A stretch of 64,000 bases of DNA from Botryllus schlosseri (GCA_051294905.1 CM119373.1:8184001-8248000); one strand, 5' to 3'; positions 23,865 to 33,143 are shown, counted from the stretch's first letter. Made by a program: numbers and translations. Notes: generated by a model not told the origin, from the sequence alone.

Positions 23865-24321
23865 GCTCTATTTTCCACCGCTACTAACAAAAGATGGATA
23901 CGAAAGGAAATTTGACAAACATATTGCCAAAATCAGAGACTCGGATTTGACTCGCGTGCAAAAACTAGCGCTTTACAAACACGGTATCAATGTCTTGAGA
24001 AACCTAAGAAAGAATGACGCGACGATAAAAGCGCTCGCAAACGCTTCGTCACTTGACGATAAAAACGCGTCGCCGCCCGTCATTAAAGCAGACGCAGCGC
24101 GCGCGCCACCATCTGATGACACAAACGCGACGCCGGGGCCCCCGCACGCGTTAAATTGGAGCGTTACTAAACAGGAGGGAGATACTCCAAAGAAGAAAAA
24201 ACCCAAGAAAAAAGCAAAGAAAAAGGTCGACCTCAAACCTCCGCTTAACTGGAAAGAACTCGATACTCCACGTCAACAAAAGCCCAATCAACGCTACTTT
24301 GGGAAGCTATGGACAAACTAG
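23857..24321 (+). CDS. Lys-rich hypothetical Polinton protein (154 aa)
   Basis: ATG ORF overlapping both neighbours, with a poly-Lys tract. Position between the ATPase block and integrase. Confidence 0.7.
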   Translation: MRELYFPPLLTKDGYERKFDKHIAKIRDSDLTRVQKLALYKHGINVLRNLRKNDATIKALANASSLDDKNASPPVIKADAARAPPSDDTNATPGPPHALNWSVTKQEGDTPKKKKPKKKAKKKVDLKPPLNWKELDTPRQQKPNQRYFGKLWTN

Positions 24322-25313
24322 ACTACTTCGATCCCAAAAAACCCAATTCTTATAGGGGTGCTTACCTACAGAAAGACAGCGAGTGGTTGAAGGGACAAGA
24401 TAGTTATACCTATCACTTTCCCATTCGAAAAAGATTTAAACGTCGTCAAGTTGTTGTGTCAGGGATCGGAGCGCAGTTTCAAAGCGATTTAATCGACGTA
24501 CAGTCTATTTCAAAATACAATCGTGGGTTTAGATATATCGTTCTTATTATTGATGTTTTCTCCAAGTATGTGTGGATGATTCCGATTAAAAATAAATCGA
24601 GTGACAACATGATATCTGCTTTCAAAAAAGTTTTCAAAGAGAGCCTTCCATTAGTGCTACAGACAGACAGAGGTACAGAATACTCGAGTCGAGCTTTTCA
24701 GAATTTTCTCAGAAAAAACAAGGTGCGGTACTTTTACACGAAAAGCGAATTGAAATCTTCGATTGCGGAAAGGGCTATCCGTAGTTTCCGTCAAATCTTC
24801 TACCGCTATTTCACGAAAAATAACACCAGCAATTATATCGATGTGCTAGATGATATGGTCTATTCGTACAATCACACCAGACACCGCTCGTTAGGGATCC
24901 CTCCTAGTGAAGTTAATAGACATAATCAAGAAAGCATTTGGCAAAAAATGTATGGATTTCGCGACTCCAAACTACCCACTTTAGCGGTCGGGACCCCTGT
25001 ACGCATCTCGAAAATTCGCAATCTGTTTGAGAAGTCTAGTCGACCCAACTGGCAACCCGAGATATTTTACATTGCCAAAGCCATGAAAGGAGATCCGCCA
25101 ACGTATCGCTTACGTGATTACAATAACGAAATAATTGACGGACAATTTTACAGACAAGAAATTCAACCCGTTACTGAACCGCAAAAATGGCAAGTCGAAA
25201 AGATTATAAAGAGGCGACGGCGTGGTAAACGCAGTCAGTTTTTAGTGAAGTGGTTGAATTATGGACCGGAATTCAATACCTGGGTCGATCAAAAAGATAT
25301 CGTCGAACCGTAA
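24309..25313 (+). CDS. Retroviral-like (rve) integrase with C-terminal chromodomain
   Basis: QSDLID, LQTDRGTEY and SIAERAIRS give the DDE triad. WQVEKIIKRR..FLVKWLNYGPEFNTWV is a chromodomain. Confidence 0.96.
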   Translation: MDKLDYFDPKKPNSYRGAYLQKDSEWLKGQDSYTYHFPIRKRFKRRQVVVSGIGAQFQSDLIDVQSISKYNRGFRYIVLIIDVFSKYVWMIPIKNKSSDNMISAFKKVFKESLPLVLQTDRGTEYSSRAFQNFLRKNKVRYFYTKSELKSSIAERAIRSFRQIFYRYFTKNNTSNYIDVLDDMVYSYNHTRHRSLGIPPSEVNRHNQESIWQKMYGFRDSKLPTLAVGTPVRISKIRNLFEKSSRPNWQPEIFYIAKAMKGDPPTYRLRDYNNEIIDGQFYRQEIQPVTEPQKWQVEKIIKRRRRGKRSQFLVKWLNYGPEFNTWVDQKDIVEP

Positions 25314-25473
25314 CTTTTATCAATTCATTGCTCAAGTTATAATTATACTGCTCATCGTGAGTTTTTCGCTGTATAATTTGAGTGTCGTGCAAGACAACAA
25401 AGAGCTTTGGGTGTCGCTGTTATCATCGTGTGTGGGATATATGTTACCGGCTCCAAAGATACCCAAACTATGA
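25261..25473 (+). CDS. Small two-TM membrane protein (true start uncertain)
   Basis: QVIIILLIVSFSLYNL...ELWVSLLSSCVGYMLPAP has two hydrophobic segments. The stop overlaps the penton ATG. Confidence 0.7.
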   Translation: MDRNSIPGSIKKISSNRNFYQFIAQVIIILLIVSFSLYNLSVVQDNKELWVSLLSSCVGYMLPAPKIPKL

Positions 25474-26300
25474 GTTATATTACGTTATTTTCCAATGCCT
25501 CCATGGACAGGTTTCCACAAAATACAGCTGCGGTTTACACCAACGAACTAGACACCCCCAGAAATGTAGAAAGAAGCGAAGTCGCGTTGACTGAGATTGG
25601 CTTCCCAACCGATTTTAACGAACGGATCCCAATCACAAATAGCTACTACGGTTTCGACATTATGGGTCCCAGTGAAGTCACAAGAAGATTGAAGTTCAAA
25701 ATTGGTGAATATGAATCTGTATATGACATGTTTAAATCGTTGGAGAGCATTAATCCCGATGTGAAAGTCAAGTGTTTTCCTGAAAGTGATAGCCTGACGG
25801 TTTCGATTCCACACAAAAACATTGCAGCTAGTGCAAGACCGGGAGAGGATACGCGATATCGAATCGACACCAGAGAGTACGATTATACTGGGACACTTGA
25901 GCATCTAGAATTGGCGGTAGTTACCCTTACTCTCCTACGTTTCATATTACCGAAGAATAGAGCAGACCTATCCGCATACTTTTTTACTGACAAGACAATA
26001 CATCTCAATTTTGATGTACGACCCTTGTCGAAAATCGATTTCGTATACGTTCATTGCGACATCATTGAACCACAAGAGTCTAGCGGTTCACTACAGCGTT
26101 TATTACGAGTTGTAAAAGTCGAAGGAGATAAGAAGGTGTTTTCAAAATATTACGTAAAACCTTTCTTTCTTCCGCTAAGTATAAATAGATTGGAACGGGT
26201 AAAAATTTCCTTGCTGGATCACAAAGGGGGTGAAATTCCGTTTCGAAGCGCTCCATCGAGCGCTGTACTTCAATTCCGAAAGCGCGGTATCGCACTATGA
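25470..26300 (+). CDS. Minor capsid (penton-like) protein 1
   Basis: YITLFSNASMDRFPQN...EVALTEI at the N-terminus and VYVHCDIIEPQ..LLRVV..FLPL near the C-terminus. Confidence 0.88.
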   Translation: MSYITLFSNASMDRFPQNTAAVYTNELDTPRNVERSEVALTEIGFPTDFNERIPITNSYYGFDIMGPSEVTRRLKFKIGEYESVYDMFKSLESINPDVKVKCFPESDSLTVSIPHKNIAASARPGEDTRYRIDTREYDYTGTLEHLELAVVTLTLLRFILPKNRADLSAYFFTDKTIHLNFDVRPLSKIDFVYVHCDIIEPQESSGSLQRLLRVVKVEGDKKVFSKYYVKPFFLPLSINRLERVKISLLDHKGGEIPFRSAPSSAVLQFRKRGIAL

Positions 26301-27046
26301 AATACATTCACATTAGCAGTTTGGAATCAGATTTTGTTCTCGAGCTAGCACGACCGATTGCTGGAAAATACGAACTGGGGCTAGCGGAGTTCTCGATTCG
26401 CAACGAGTTCCAACCTACTTTACCTGCTTTCGACGCTCTGTTATGGCAATTTCAGGATGAGAAAACATCGCCTCTGATTCAAGTGGGAAGTACCAATCAT
26501 TATTATTACCCCAAGGGTAATTATTATGACTTCAAAAGTTTGATTGATAGAATCAATCGCACGCAGGACCAAGTATATATTAACCAGCTAGGAAGTTCTA
26601 CTGGTATGTTAGTCATTCCACCTTACAAATCGGGTGCGTTTCCTAATTTCCTGAAGAATCCAACCAGAGTCAGAAATCCGGTTTTCGTGTATGGAAAGCT
26701 TAGGAAGAAAAAGCTGCTAGGAGGGAATTATTTAACTTCAGAGATCACTCTGAGGGATTCCATTACGCCTATCACCAATTTATTAATTTATACCGATCTC
26801 ATTCGACCGCAATCAGTCGGCGACACGAAAGCTCCGCTATTACGAAACATCCCCATTACGAGTAGTGTCAATGAATATCAACATCATATATTCGAAAAAA
26901 TATACTTTTTCCCTATGATTACGGAATACGCTCGTCGAATTCAGATTAGTATCAAAGACGATAAAGGTACGGGTATAAATCTGAAGGGGTCCATGATTGA
27001 TATCACACTTGCTTTACGTCATCATGAGAGCACATTACTGTTGTGA
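26297..27046 (+). CDS. Minor capsid (penton-like) protein 2
   Basis: YELGLAEFS and LLIYTDLIRPQSVGDTKAPLLRNIP..IQISIKD are the same motif set as the preceding ORF. Confidence 0.88.
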   Translation: MKYIHISSLESDFVLELARPIAGKYELGLAEFSIRNEFQPTLPAFDALLWQFQDEKTSPLIQVGSTNHYYYPKGNYYDFKSLIDRINRTQDQVYINQLGSSTGMLVIPPYKSGAFPNFLKNPTRVRNPVFVYGKLRKKKLLGGNYLTSEITLRDSITPITNLLIYTDLIRPQSVGDTKAPLLRNIPITSSVNEYQHHIFEKIYFFPMITEYARRIQISIKDDKGTGINLKGSMIDITLALRHHESTLLL

Positions 27047-27392
27047 TCGCGATGCCTTTCAACAATACTATCGTGTGCAAAGTGGTAATGGCATAAACTA
27101 TTTTCGAGGACGAGTGCAAAGAGGACACGGTTTAGGAAATCTCTTTCGTAGTTTGGGACGAAGTGTTGTACCATTGATATCAAAAGGGGCGAAAGCTCTC
27201 GGCAAACAACTACTCCATACAGGAGCAGAAGTAGCTTCTGACGTATTGCGTGGGCAAAACGTCGGTGAAAGCTTCAAAATAAGAGGTAAACAAGCAGCTA
27301 GCAAAGCTCTTGACAACTTCCTAGGCAAGAGAAAGGCACCTAGAAAAAAGACCACGAAACGGAAAAAGCGCCGACGGGACATTTTCGATTAA
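27018..27392 (+). CDS. Basic core/membrane-active virion protein (QxGxG motifs)
   Basis: YYCCDRDAFQQYYRVQSGNG..QRGHGLGNLFRSLGR..., Lys/Arg-rich tail ending RRRDIFD. Usual position before the MCP. Confidence 0.8.
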   Translation, partial: VIMRAHYCCDRDAFQQYYRVQSGNGINYFRGRVQRGHGLGNLFRSLGRSVVPLISKGAKALGKQLLHTGAEVASDVLRGQNVGESFKIRGKQAASKALDNFLGKRKAPRKKTTKRKKRRRDIFD

Positions 27393-27442
27393 ATAGGACT
27401 CTCCCTACTTTATTTTTTCATTAGCTAGCAGACTCGCGAAAG

Positions 27443-28721
27443 ATGACGGAGCTAATTCACGCGAAATCTGCCGAAGGCGTACATCCTAGCTTGGATCTTT
27501 TTCAACTCCCACCTACCCAAACAAGCGTGGAGAAGAAACGGATCATTAAGATTCCACCTGTGTCGGACAACGCAAGCGTAATTATTTACCGCTATGAAGG
27601 ATGTGACGATTTTATTGATTTAAGCGAATCCTATTTTTTTATTTCGCTTGAAACTATTGAAAGGCGATGCGAATCTAGCTGCCACGGACAGCATCGGAGT
27701 TGTGAATAACATTCTTGATTCTCTAATTTCTCAACTTCACATCAAAGTCGGGAACCATACCCTGAAACAAGACGTGAAGCTACAATGTTATTCGGCCTAC
27801 TTACACTATCTGTTCACACCTCACGACGTGCAAGAGACAACACTTCTTACACAAGGATGGTTCAAGGACACAGAGAAGCAATTGGATGATTCGGCCCCAG
27901 GCGACGGTGCGGCTAACAAAGGTCATAAGGCGAGAAGTTTGCCTTATGCCGGGAGCAAAGTCGTCGAAATTCGCGGTAAAATACATCATGGGTTGTGTTT
28001 GCAAGACCGCTATATTTTGGACGAGGTTCCGTTAGAGTTCGAATTGACATTGAATCCGAAAAGTTTCTTTCTGTTTGGAGCCGCTACCAGCAATTTCAAA
28101 ATCATCAAAAAAGAATTGCACCTATGTGGAGTGCGGGTAACCGAAGATGTAAAATCTGCCTTGATGGTAGACGCACCGGCTCGGTATCCCTTTATGGACA
28201 TGAAGCTGCTGACTCGAACTTTTGCGGCTAACACCACTCAAATCGATATTGGTAATCTGTATTCGGGAACCCTGCCGACACGTTTGATTATAGCCATGGT
28301 GAAAACTGAGGCATTCCAAGGAGCACTCGATAAGAACCCATATAATTTTATTCATAATAAAATGAATCGGGTTGAATTGAAAGTAAATGGTTTCCTTATG
28401 CCGGAGGGTGGCTACGAACTTGATTTTGAAAACAATCATTATTCCGAGGCCTACCTAAATCTCATTCAATCTATGGGTGCCATCGAACGACAAAAAGGCT
28501 TGATTTCCCCTTCCGAGTTCGCAAATGGATACACGCTTCTAGCATATAATTTGCGAGGTGACGATTTAGATGACTGCTTCGAGCTGCAGAAAAGTGGAAC
28601 GATCAGTCTTCGAATCACCTTTCCTGCGGCAGGTGTTGAGAGCGAAACGACACTGCTGTGCTTTATGGAATTTCAAAAAATACTGGAAATAAGCCAAGCT
28701 CGCACGGTGACCGTGATATGA
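27443..28721 (+). pseudogene. Double-jelly-roll major capsid protein, one frameshift near 27650
   Basis: LDLFQLPPTQTSVE..IDLSESY in ORF 27443-27709 continues as KLLKGD..NNILDSLISQ..HHGLCLQDRYIL..LPTRLIIAMV..NPYNF in ORF 27648-28721. Confidence 0.92.
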
Positions 28722-29179
28722 ACGGACAAGAAATAGATGAAATATTGTATAGTTACCATGCTACGAAACAACACTATCTAGGGAATTTCCCTATTGATCA
28801 ACTCCCTCAGCGCCCAAAACCTCCTTATTCAATTGTGATCAATTATGATGAAAGTCACAAGGAAGGTAGTCACTGGGTTTGCATATATGCTGATCAATAT
28901 GAAACCCATTTTCACGATAGTCTGGGTATCACTCCATTCAGGATTGAGATTGCGAGTTTCCTTGATCCCGAAAATTATACTAGCTCAATAAAACCATTAC
29001 AGCATGAAAGGTCAGACGCTTGTGGAGCTCATGCAATTGCATATATCGTCAAACGCTCTACTGGTATGAGCACACTACAGTATTTGGATCACTTCGGTGA
29101 TGATCGAAAAGAGAACGACGATATCGTAGTGGACTTCGTTAGAATCTTGAAATGGGAGCAACTAGTTTCACCATCATAG
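28718..29179 (+). CDS. Adenain-like cysteine maturation protease
   Basis: GSHWVCIY, HDSLG and LQHERSDACG supply the His/Asp/Gln/Cys residues. ATG overlaps the MCP stop. Confidence 0.93.
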   Translation: MNGQEIDEILYSYHATKQHYLGNFPIDQLPQRPKPPYSIVINYDESHKEGSHWVCIYADQYETHFHDSLGITPFRIEIASFLDPENYTSSIKPLQHERSDACGAHAIAYIVKRSTGMSTLQYLDHFGDDRKENDDIVVDFVRILKWEQLVSPS

Positions 29180-29469
29180 AATACTTTGGAGATGATGAGA
29201 AGGCCTACATGAAAGTCCAAGGAAAAATTATTGTCATGAATGCAAATCGTATTCATAGAATTTCTTTCGAGCCGTTTCACATACGCATTTACCCGCATGA
29301 TAACGAAGTTACAATTTTCCGCGGGTCTGATTGGATACCAGTGCGTTTTCCTAAAAATTGTATGTATATAGATGTGTTGTCGAAGCATAGAATTATTCGT
29401 CGTAACCGCGGTGAACTTGTCGTTTTTCGTAAACTAAAATTATGGGAATTTTTGAGAAATCGCTTTTAA
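29152..29469 (+). CDS. Hypothetical protein
   Basis: ATG ORF overlapping the protease end, followed immediately by AATAAA. Confidence 0.55.
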   Translation: MGATSFTIIEYFGDDEKAYMKVQGKIIVMNANRIHRISFEPFHIRIYPHDNEVTIFRGSDWIPVRFPKNCMYIDVLSKHRIIRRNRGELVVFRKLKLWEFLRNRF

Positions 29470-29533
29470 TAAATTCGTGTGTATTCATCGGAGTATATAA
29501 GTGGTTATTGCTCGGGATCTAGTCAGTGTCATC

Positions 29534-30274
29534 ATGAATGCGCTTATAGTATCGATGTGTTATCGCGGAAAGCCGCACCATGTCGAAAATGAAGGAACGT
29601 TACAAGACATTCAGATTATGACAGATATCTTAGTACAGAAATTCAAATTCAAGACTGAAGATATCAAAGTGTTGCGTGAAGAGCAAGCCACTCTTGGAAA
29701 TTTTTCCAGAGAGCTTCAAACGATGGCCGATAGTAGCGCCAAGATAAACTTCATATATTTCGTCGGTCACGGCTTTTCATGTCCAAATAACACAAAAGAA
29801 AATGATCCTGAAGCTCGCGATTCCGGATTTGTATTTTATGATAGGCATCTACTCGATGATGATATGTGTGAGCTATTAAAAAGCTTTCGTAAAGATACAA
29901 AAAACCTACTCATGTTTGCGCAGTGTTATAGTGGTAACTCTGCCGATTTGAAATTTCATTTACGAGAAGACGCTGCTTCGCAAGCACTCAAGCGCAAACG
30001 AGACGTAAAATCCAAAACTGTTCTCATAAGTGCAGTTAGTGACGATCAAATCAGTTGGTGTTTTGAAGACGGTAGTGCTTTTGCAAAGAATTTCAGAACC
30101 GTCATACGTGAACACGACGAAATCAAATTCTTCGATCTTATGTGTAAATTGCGACAACTAGATAAGAGACAAAAGTGTTCGATATCATCAAGCTTCAAAT
30201 TGGATGAACACGATCATCTCATTCGAAAAAGAAGTTTCAGTTGGATAAAATCTCAATGGAAGAAATCGAAATAA
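29534..30274 (+). CDS. Metacaspase-like cysteine protease (peptidase C14, no prodomain; 246 aa)
   Basis: Colinear with type I metacaspase motifs: ALIVSMCYRG, GTLQD, FIYFVGHG (His), LLDDDM, MFAQCYSG (Cys), LISAVSDDQIS and QKCSISSS. Confidence 0.85.
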   Translation: MNALIVSMCYRGKPHHVENEGTLQDIQIMTDILVQKFKFKTEDIKVLREEQATLGNFSRELQTMADSSAKINFIYFVGHGFSCPNNTKENDPEARDSGFVFYDRHLLDDDMCELLKSFRKDTKNLLMFAQCYSGNSADLKFHLREDAASQALKRKRDVKSKTVLISAVSDDQISWCFEDGSAFAKNFRTVIREHDEIKFFDLMCKLRQLDKRQKCSISSSFKLDEHDHLIRKRSFSWIKSQWKKSK

Positions 30275-30359
30275 TAACTATCGTTGCAACCGCGCTGTTA
30301 TTTCTGGAATTCTTATTATATACGCTATTTTGCTGTGGAGAAGAATGTGAACGTAAATC

Positions 30360-30701
30360 ATGACTATGGCTCGCATTTGTATTGGTCCCCTACGCTTGAG
30401 TAGTAATGGAGATCGTAGGTATTATGAAAAAACGATTGTATTACCGAAAGTGAGATCTATCACTATTCCTTTCTCATGTGAAATAATGTATCGTACCAAT
30501 AAGATCGTAGTGAAGAAACTGCATGTTCCTCACTACGGTAAGATTGAATCTCCGACAATCACTGTCTGCAAAGACAAACATTACTGTTTACCGCGTACCT
30601 GTCCTATTCTTATAGAATTTAAAGGGAATGCGAGCGTTGTAAAAAATATAATCGTATTCGAAGCGTTACACAACGCGCGATTTTATGATGCTTGTTATTA
30701 G
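30360..30701 (+). CDS. Hypothetical beta-rich protein (113 aa)
   Basis: ATG ORF followed by AATAAA at ~30716. No recognisable domain. Confidence 0.55.
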   Translation: MTMARICIGPLRLSSNGDRRYYEKTIVLPKVRSITIPFSCEIMYRTNKIVVKKLHVPHYGKIESPTITVCKDKHYCLPRTCPILIEFKGNASVVKNIIVFEALHNARFYDACY

Positions 30702-30785
30702 TTTGATATGTCTGTAATAAAATCGCAAAACAACTACGGCTCCTCATTCGTGTTCTAGTCAGATACAGCATCAATAGAAAAGTCG

Positions 30786-30856
30786 TGGAGACTACGGGAA
30801 TTGAACCCGTATCTTCTATTTGCAAGACAGATACTCTACCATTGAGCTAAGTCCCC
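30786..30856 (-). tRNA. tRNA-Ala (UGC)
   Basis: Full cloverleaf: GGGGACT/AGTCTCC acceptor with G3:U70, D arm GCTC/GAGT, anticodon loop CT-TGC-AA, T arm ACGGG-TTCAATT-CCCGT, discriminator A, and TTTT 4 nt downstream. Confidence 0.9.
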
Positions 30857-30965
30857 ATTCAGACGAATAACAACGCAACCAGACGTTGATTTTTATTATT
30901 TATTACAAGAACAATACGGAATGTATAATGCAATTCCACGCTACTCGCGGTGGATTAAAACAACA

Positions 30966-31445
30966 CTATTTTTCTTGCTGGGTGACTTGCGTATCTTCCA
31001 TTGCATGTCTACGGGTATATTGAGTAGCTAGTTGGAAATAACGTTCCTTATTTTTTAAATACATTTCCGCACTCTCTTGATCCATCGGATCATAAGGGTT
31101 TGGTGAAGCGAGCAATGAACGTATTGATATCAGTAGAGTGGACGTTGTCATCGCTGGTGACCATTCCTTCTGTAAAATATCGACACATATGGTACCTTTA
31201 CAGCTTACGTTAGGATGGAATATCCGTGTTTCAAATCGCATTTTAGGAGGCTTGAATGGATACTCGGTAGAATATTCGATTGATAATCTGAACACACCAC
31301 CTTCGTAGGGCGTTCCGTTTGGTCCTTGGATCGTTGCCCACCAACTATACATATTCTTTTCATCGAATGGTCCTGCTCGGATCCCTTCGTAAGCATTCTG
31401 CTTAAATTTTGCTTGTTCATATATCAAACGCTTCAAAGCACGCAT
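30966..31445 (-). CDS. E2 ubiquitin-conjugating enzyme (UBE2D/E-like, intronless, 159 aa)
   Basis: GPNGTPYEGGVF, YPFKPPK, IFHPNV..GTICVDILQKEWSPA. The HPN motif and catalytic Cys are intact. Confidence 0.95.
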   Translation of the reverse strand: MRALKRLIYEQAKFKQNAYEGIRAGPFDEKNMYSWWATIQGPNGTPYEGGVFRLSIEYSTEYPFKPPKMRFETRIFHPNVSCKGTICVDILQKEWSPAMTTSTLLISIRSLLASPNPYDPMDQESAEMYLKNKERYFQLATQYTRRHAMEDTQVTQQEK

Positions 31446-31609
31446 GTCTATCGAATGATAGTATTCGAACTGTCGCACTTGCTTTCAAATAAATTATAAT
31501 TCAATCTAATTATACATGTAAATAGAAATAGGTTACAGAATAATGAATGATATGATTAATGTATGAAATGACATGCGTAGCGCATTTCAAATCTACAACA
31601 AAAAATATA

Positions 31610-31936
31610 TTAATGTATGAGATGAGATGCGTCGCTCATTTCTAATCTGTAACAATTTTTCATGAATAGGCTGTTTAATTCCACGGCGGTTCCTTGTTTG
31701 ATAGTAATACACTTTCCATTTATGCGGACATCTTCCTCATGAATCTTCATTGATTTTTTTTCGTTGTCTTCGTCACGTATGATCACCCACGTATATCCTT
31801 CACGGCGTTTTATCATGAACTGCTGCTCAAATTTTATCGTTGCTACACCCGTTACTATTATACTCTTTGAAGTTTGCTCCATTGTAATATTTGTTGGAGA
31901 TTCGAATTTGACATCGTTAATCACTATTCTTCCCAT
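31610..31936 (-). CDS. Hypothetical protein (108 aa)
   Basis: ATG ORF next to the right TIR. No recognisable domain. Confidence 0.55.
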   Translation of the reverse strand: MGRIVINDVKFESPTNITMEQTSKSIIVTGVATIKFEQQFMIKRREGYTWVIIRDEDNEKKSMKIHEEDVRINGKCITIKQGTAVELNSLFMKNCYRLEMSDASHLIH

Positions 31937-32019
31937 CGTCGCTCAATTTCGTATTGAATGGCTTAGCATCAAATTTGTGACTTAAATAGTCCCCTAAACT
32001 TCTTCTACAATCATTGTCA

Positions 32020-32823
32020 ATACAATGATGATCACACCATCGCGGAATAAACATATATATGATTGCAAACTTGTCACGTGATCAAAGCTATGTATGGTGC
32101 AATATCGCTAGGTTATTACCCATTGTGCAATAACGGACACACAACTCTTTCGCGCGCTTTTCTCTGTTTGATTTGAAATTCAAAAGTGGTCACGTGATTG
32201 GAGTGGGTCTAAGTACCCACTTTGACGCGTTAATCAAAACAACAGCAACGAACGCTAGGCGAGATGGGCAGAAGACTGCAAATCCTGAACAATGGAGGGT
32301 GTAACACCAGAACGAGCGAAAATATACTTCGAACATTTGGACAAGCACTGGGAGAGGAACTGGGATGGAGCTTGCGATGGGATGGCTGTATAGGAATAAT
32401 TGGACTGTATATAGGAATAAGAATGATTTGTAGTGATGCTAAAAAAATATATAATTACAAATTTGGTACGTGATCAAAGCTGTGTATGGTGTAATATCAC
32501 TAGCTTTGGACTTGTCTATGGTATTAACCATTGCACAATACCGTAACGTTCGCTAGCACACACCCCATTATGCTGTCACGGTTCGCTCTCCTAAGCCACA
32601 CCCATTAACACCCATTATACAATCAGCTGACACAATCATTGTCAATACAATGACGGTCACGCCCGTTATTGACATATATTGTCACCCATTGTCCCTATTG
32701 AAGCACTATCGATATAACTCTTTCGCGCGCTTTTCTCTGTTTGATTTGAAATTCAAAAGTAGTCACGTGATCAAATGCTGCGATTTGATTGGTCCGCATG
32801 AGAACGTGCTGTTATATACTACT
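32020..32823 (-). repeat. Polinton right TIR with rearranged subrepeats and an extra ~270-bp segment (~32200-32470)
   Basis: Reverse complement of 2913-3345 modules, with an unrelated block between the duplicated modules. Confidence 0.85.
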
Positions 32824-33143
32824 GACCTTATTTTGCATGTGACTGACCTTATTTTGCATGTGACTGACCTTATTTTGCATGTGATTGACCTTATTTTGCA
32901 TGTGACTGACCTTATTTTGCATGTGACTGACCTTATTTTGCATGTGATTGACCTTATTTTGCATGTCGCGACTGACCTTATTTTGCATGTGACTGACCTT
33001 ATTTTGCATGTGATTGACCTTATTTTGCATGTCGCGACTGACCTTATTTTGCATGTGACTGACCTTATTTTGCATGTGACTGACCTTATTTTGCATGTCG
33101 CGACTGACCTTATTTTGCATGTGACTGACCTTATTTTGCATGC
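32824..33143 (+). repeat. Continuation of the left 21/24-bp array after the Polinton
   Basis: Same units and orientation as 1893-2912. Confidence 0.96.

Larger units (their letters stand above)
2913..32823 (+). mobile_element. Polinton/Maverick (adintovirus-like endogenous virus)
   Basis: Termini AGTAGTATATAACAGCAC...GTGCTGTTATATACTACT, 6-bp TSD GACCTT (2907-2912 and 32824-32829), and internal pPolB, ATPase, integrase, capsid and protease genes. Confidence 0.96.
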
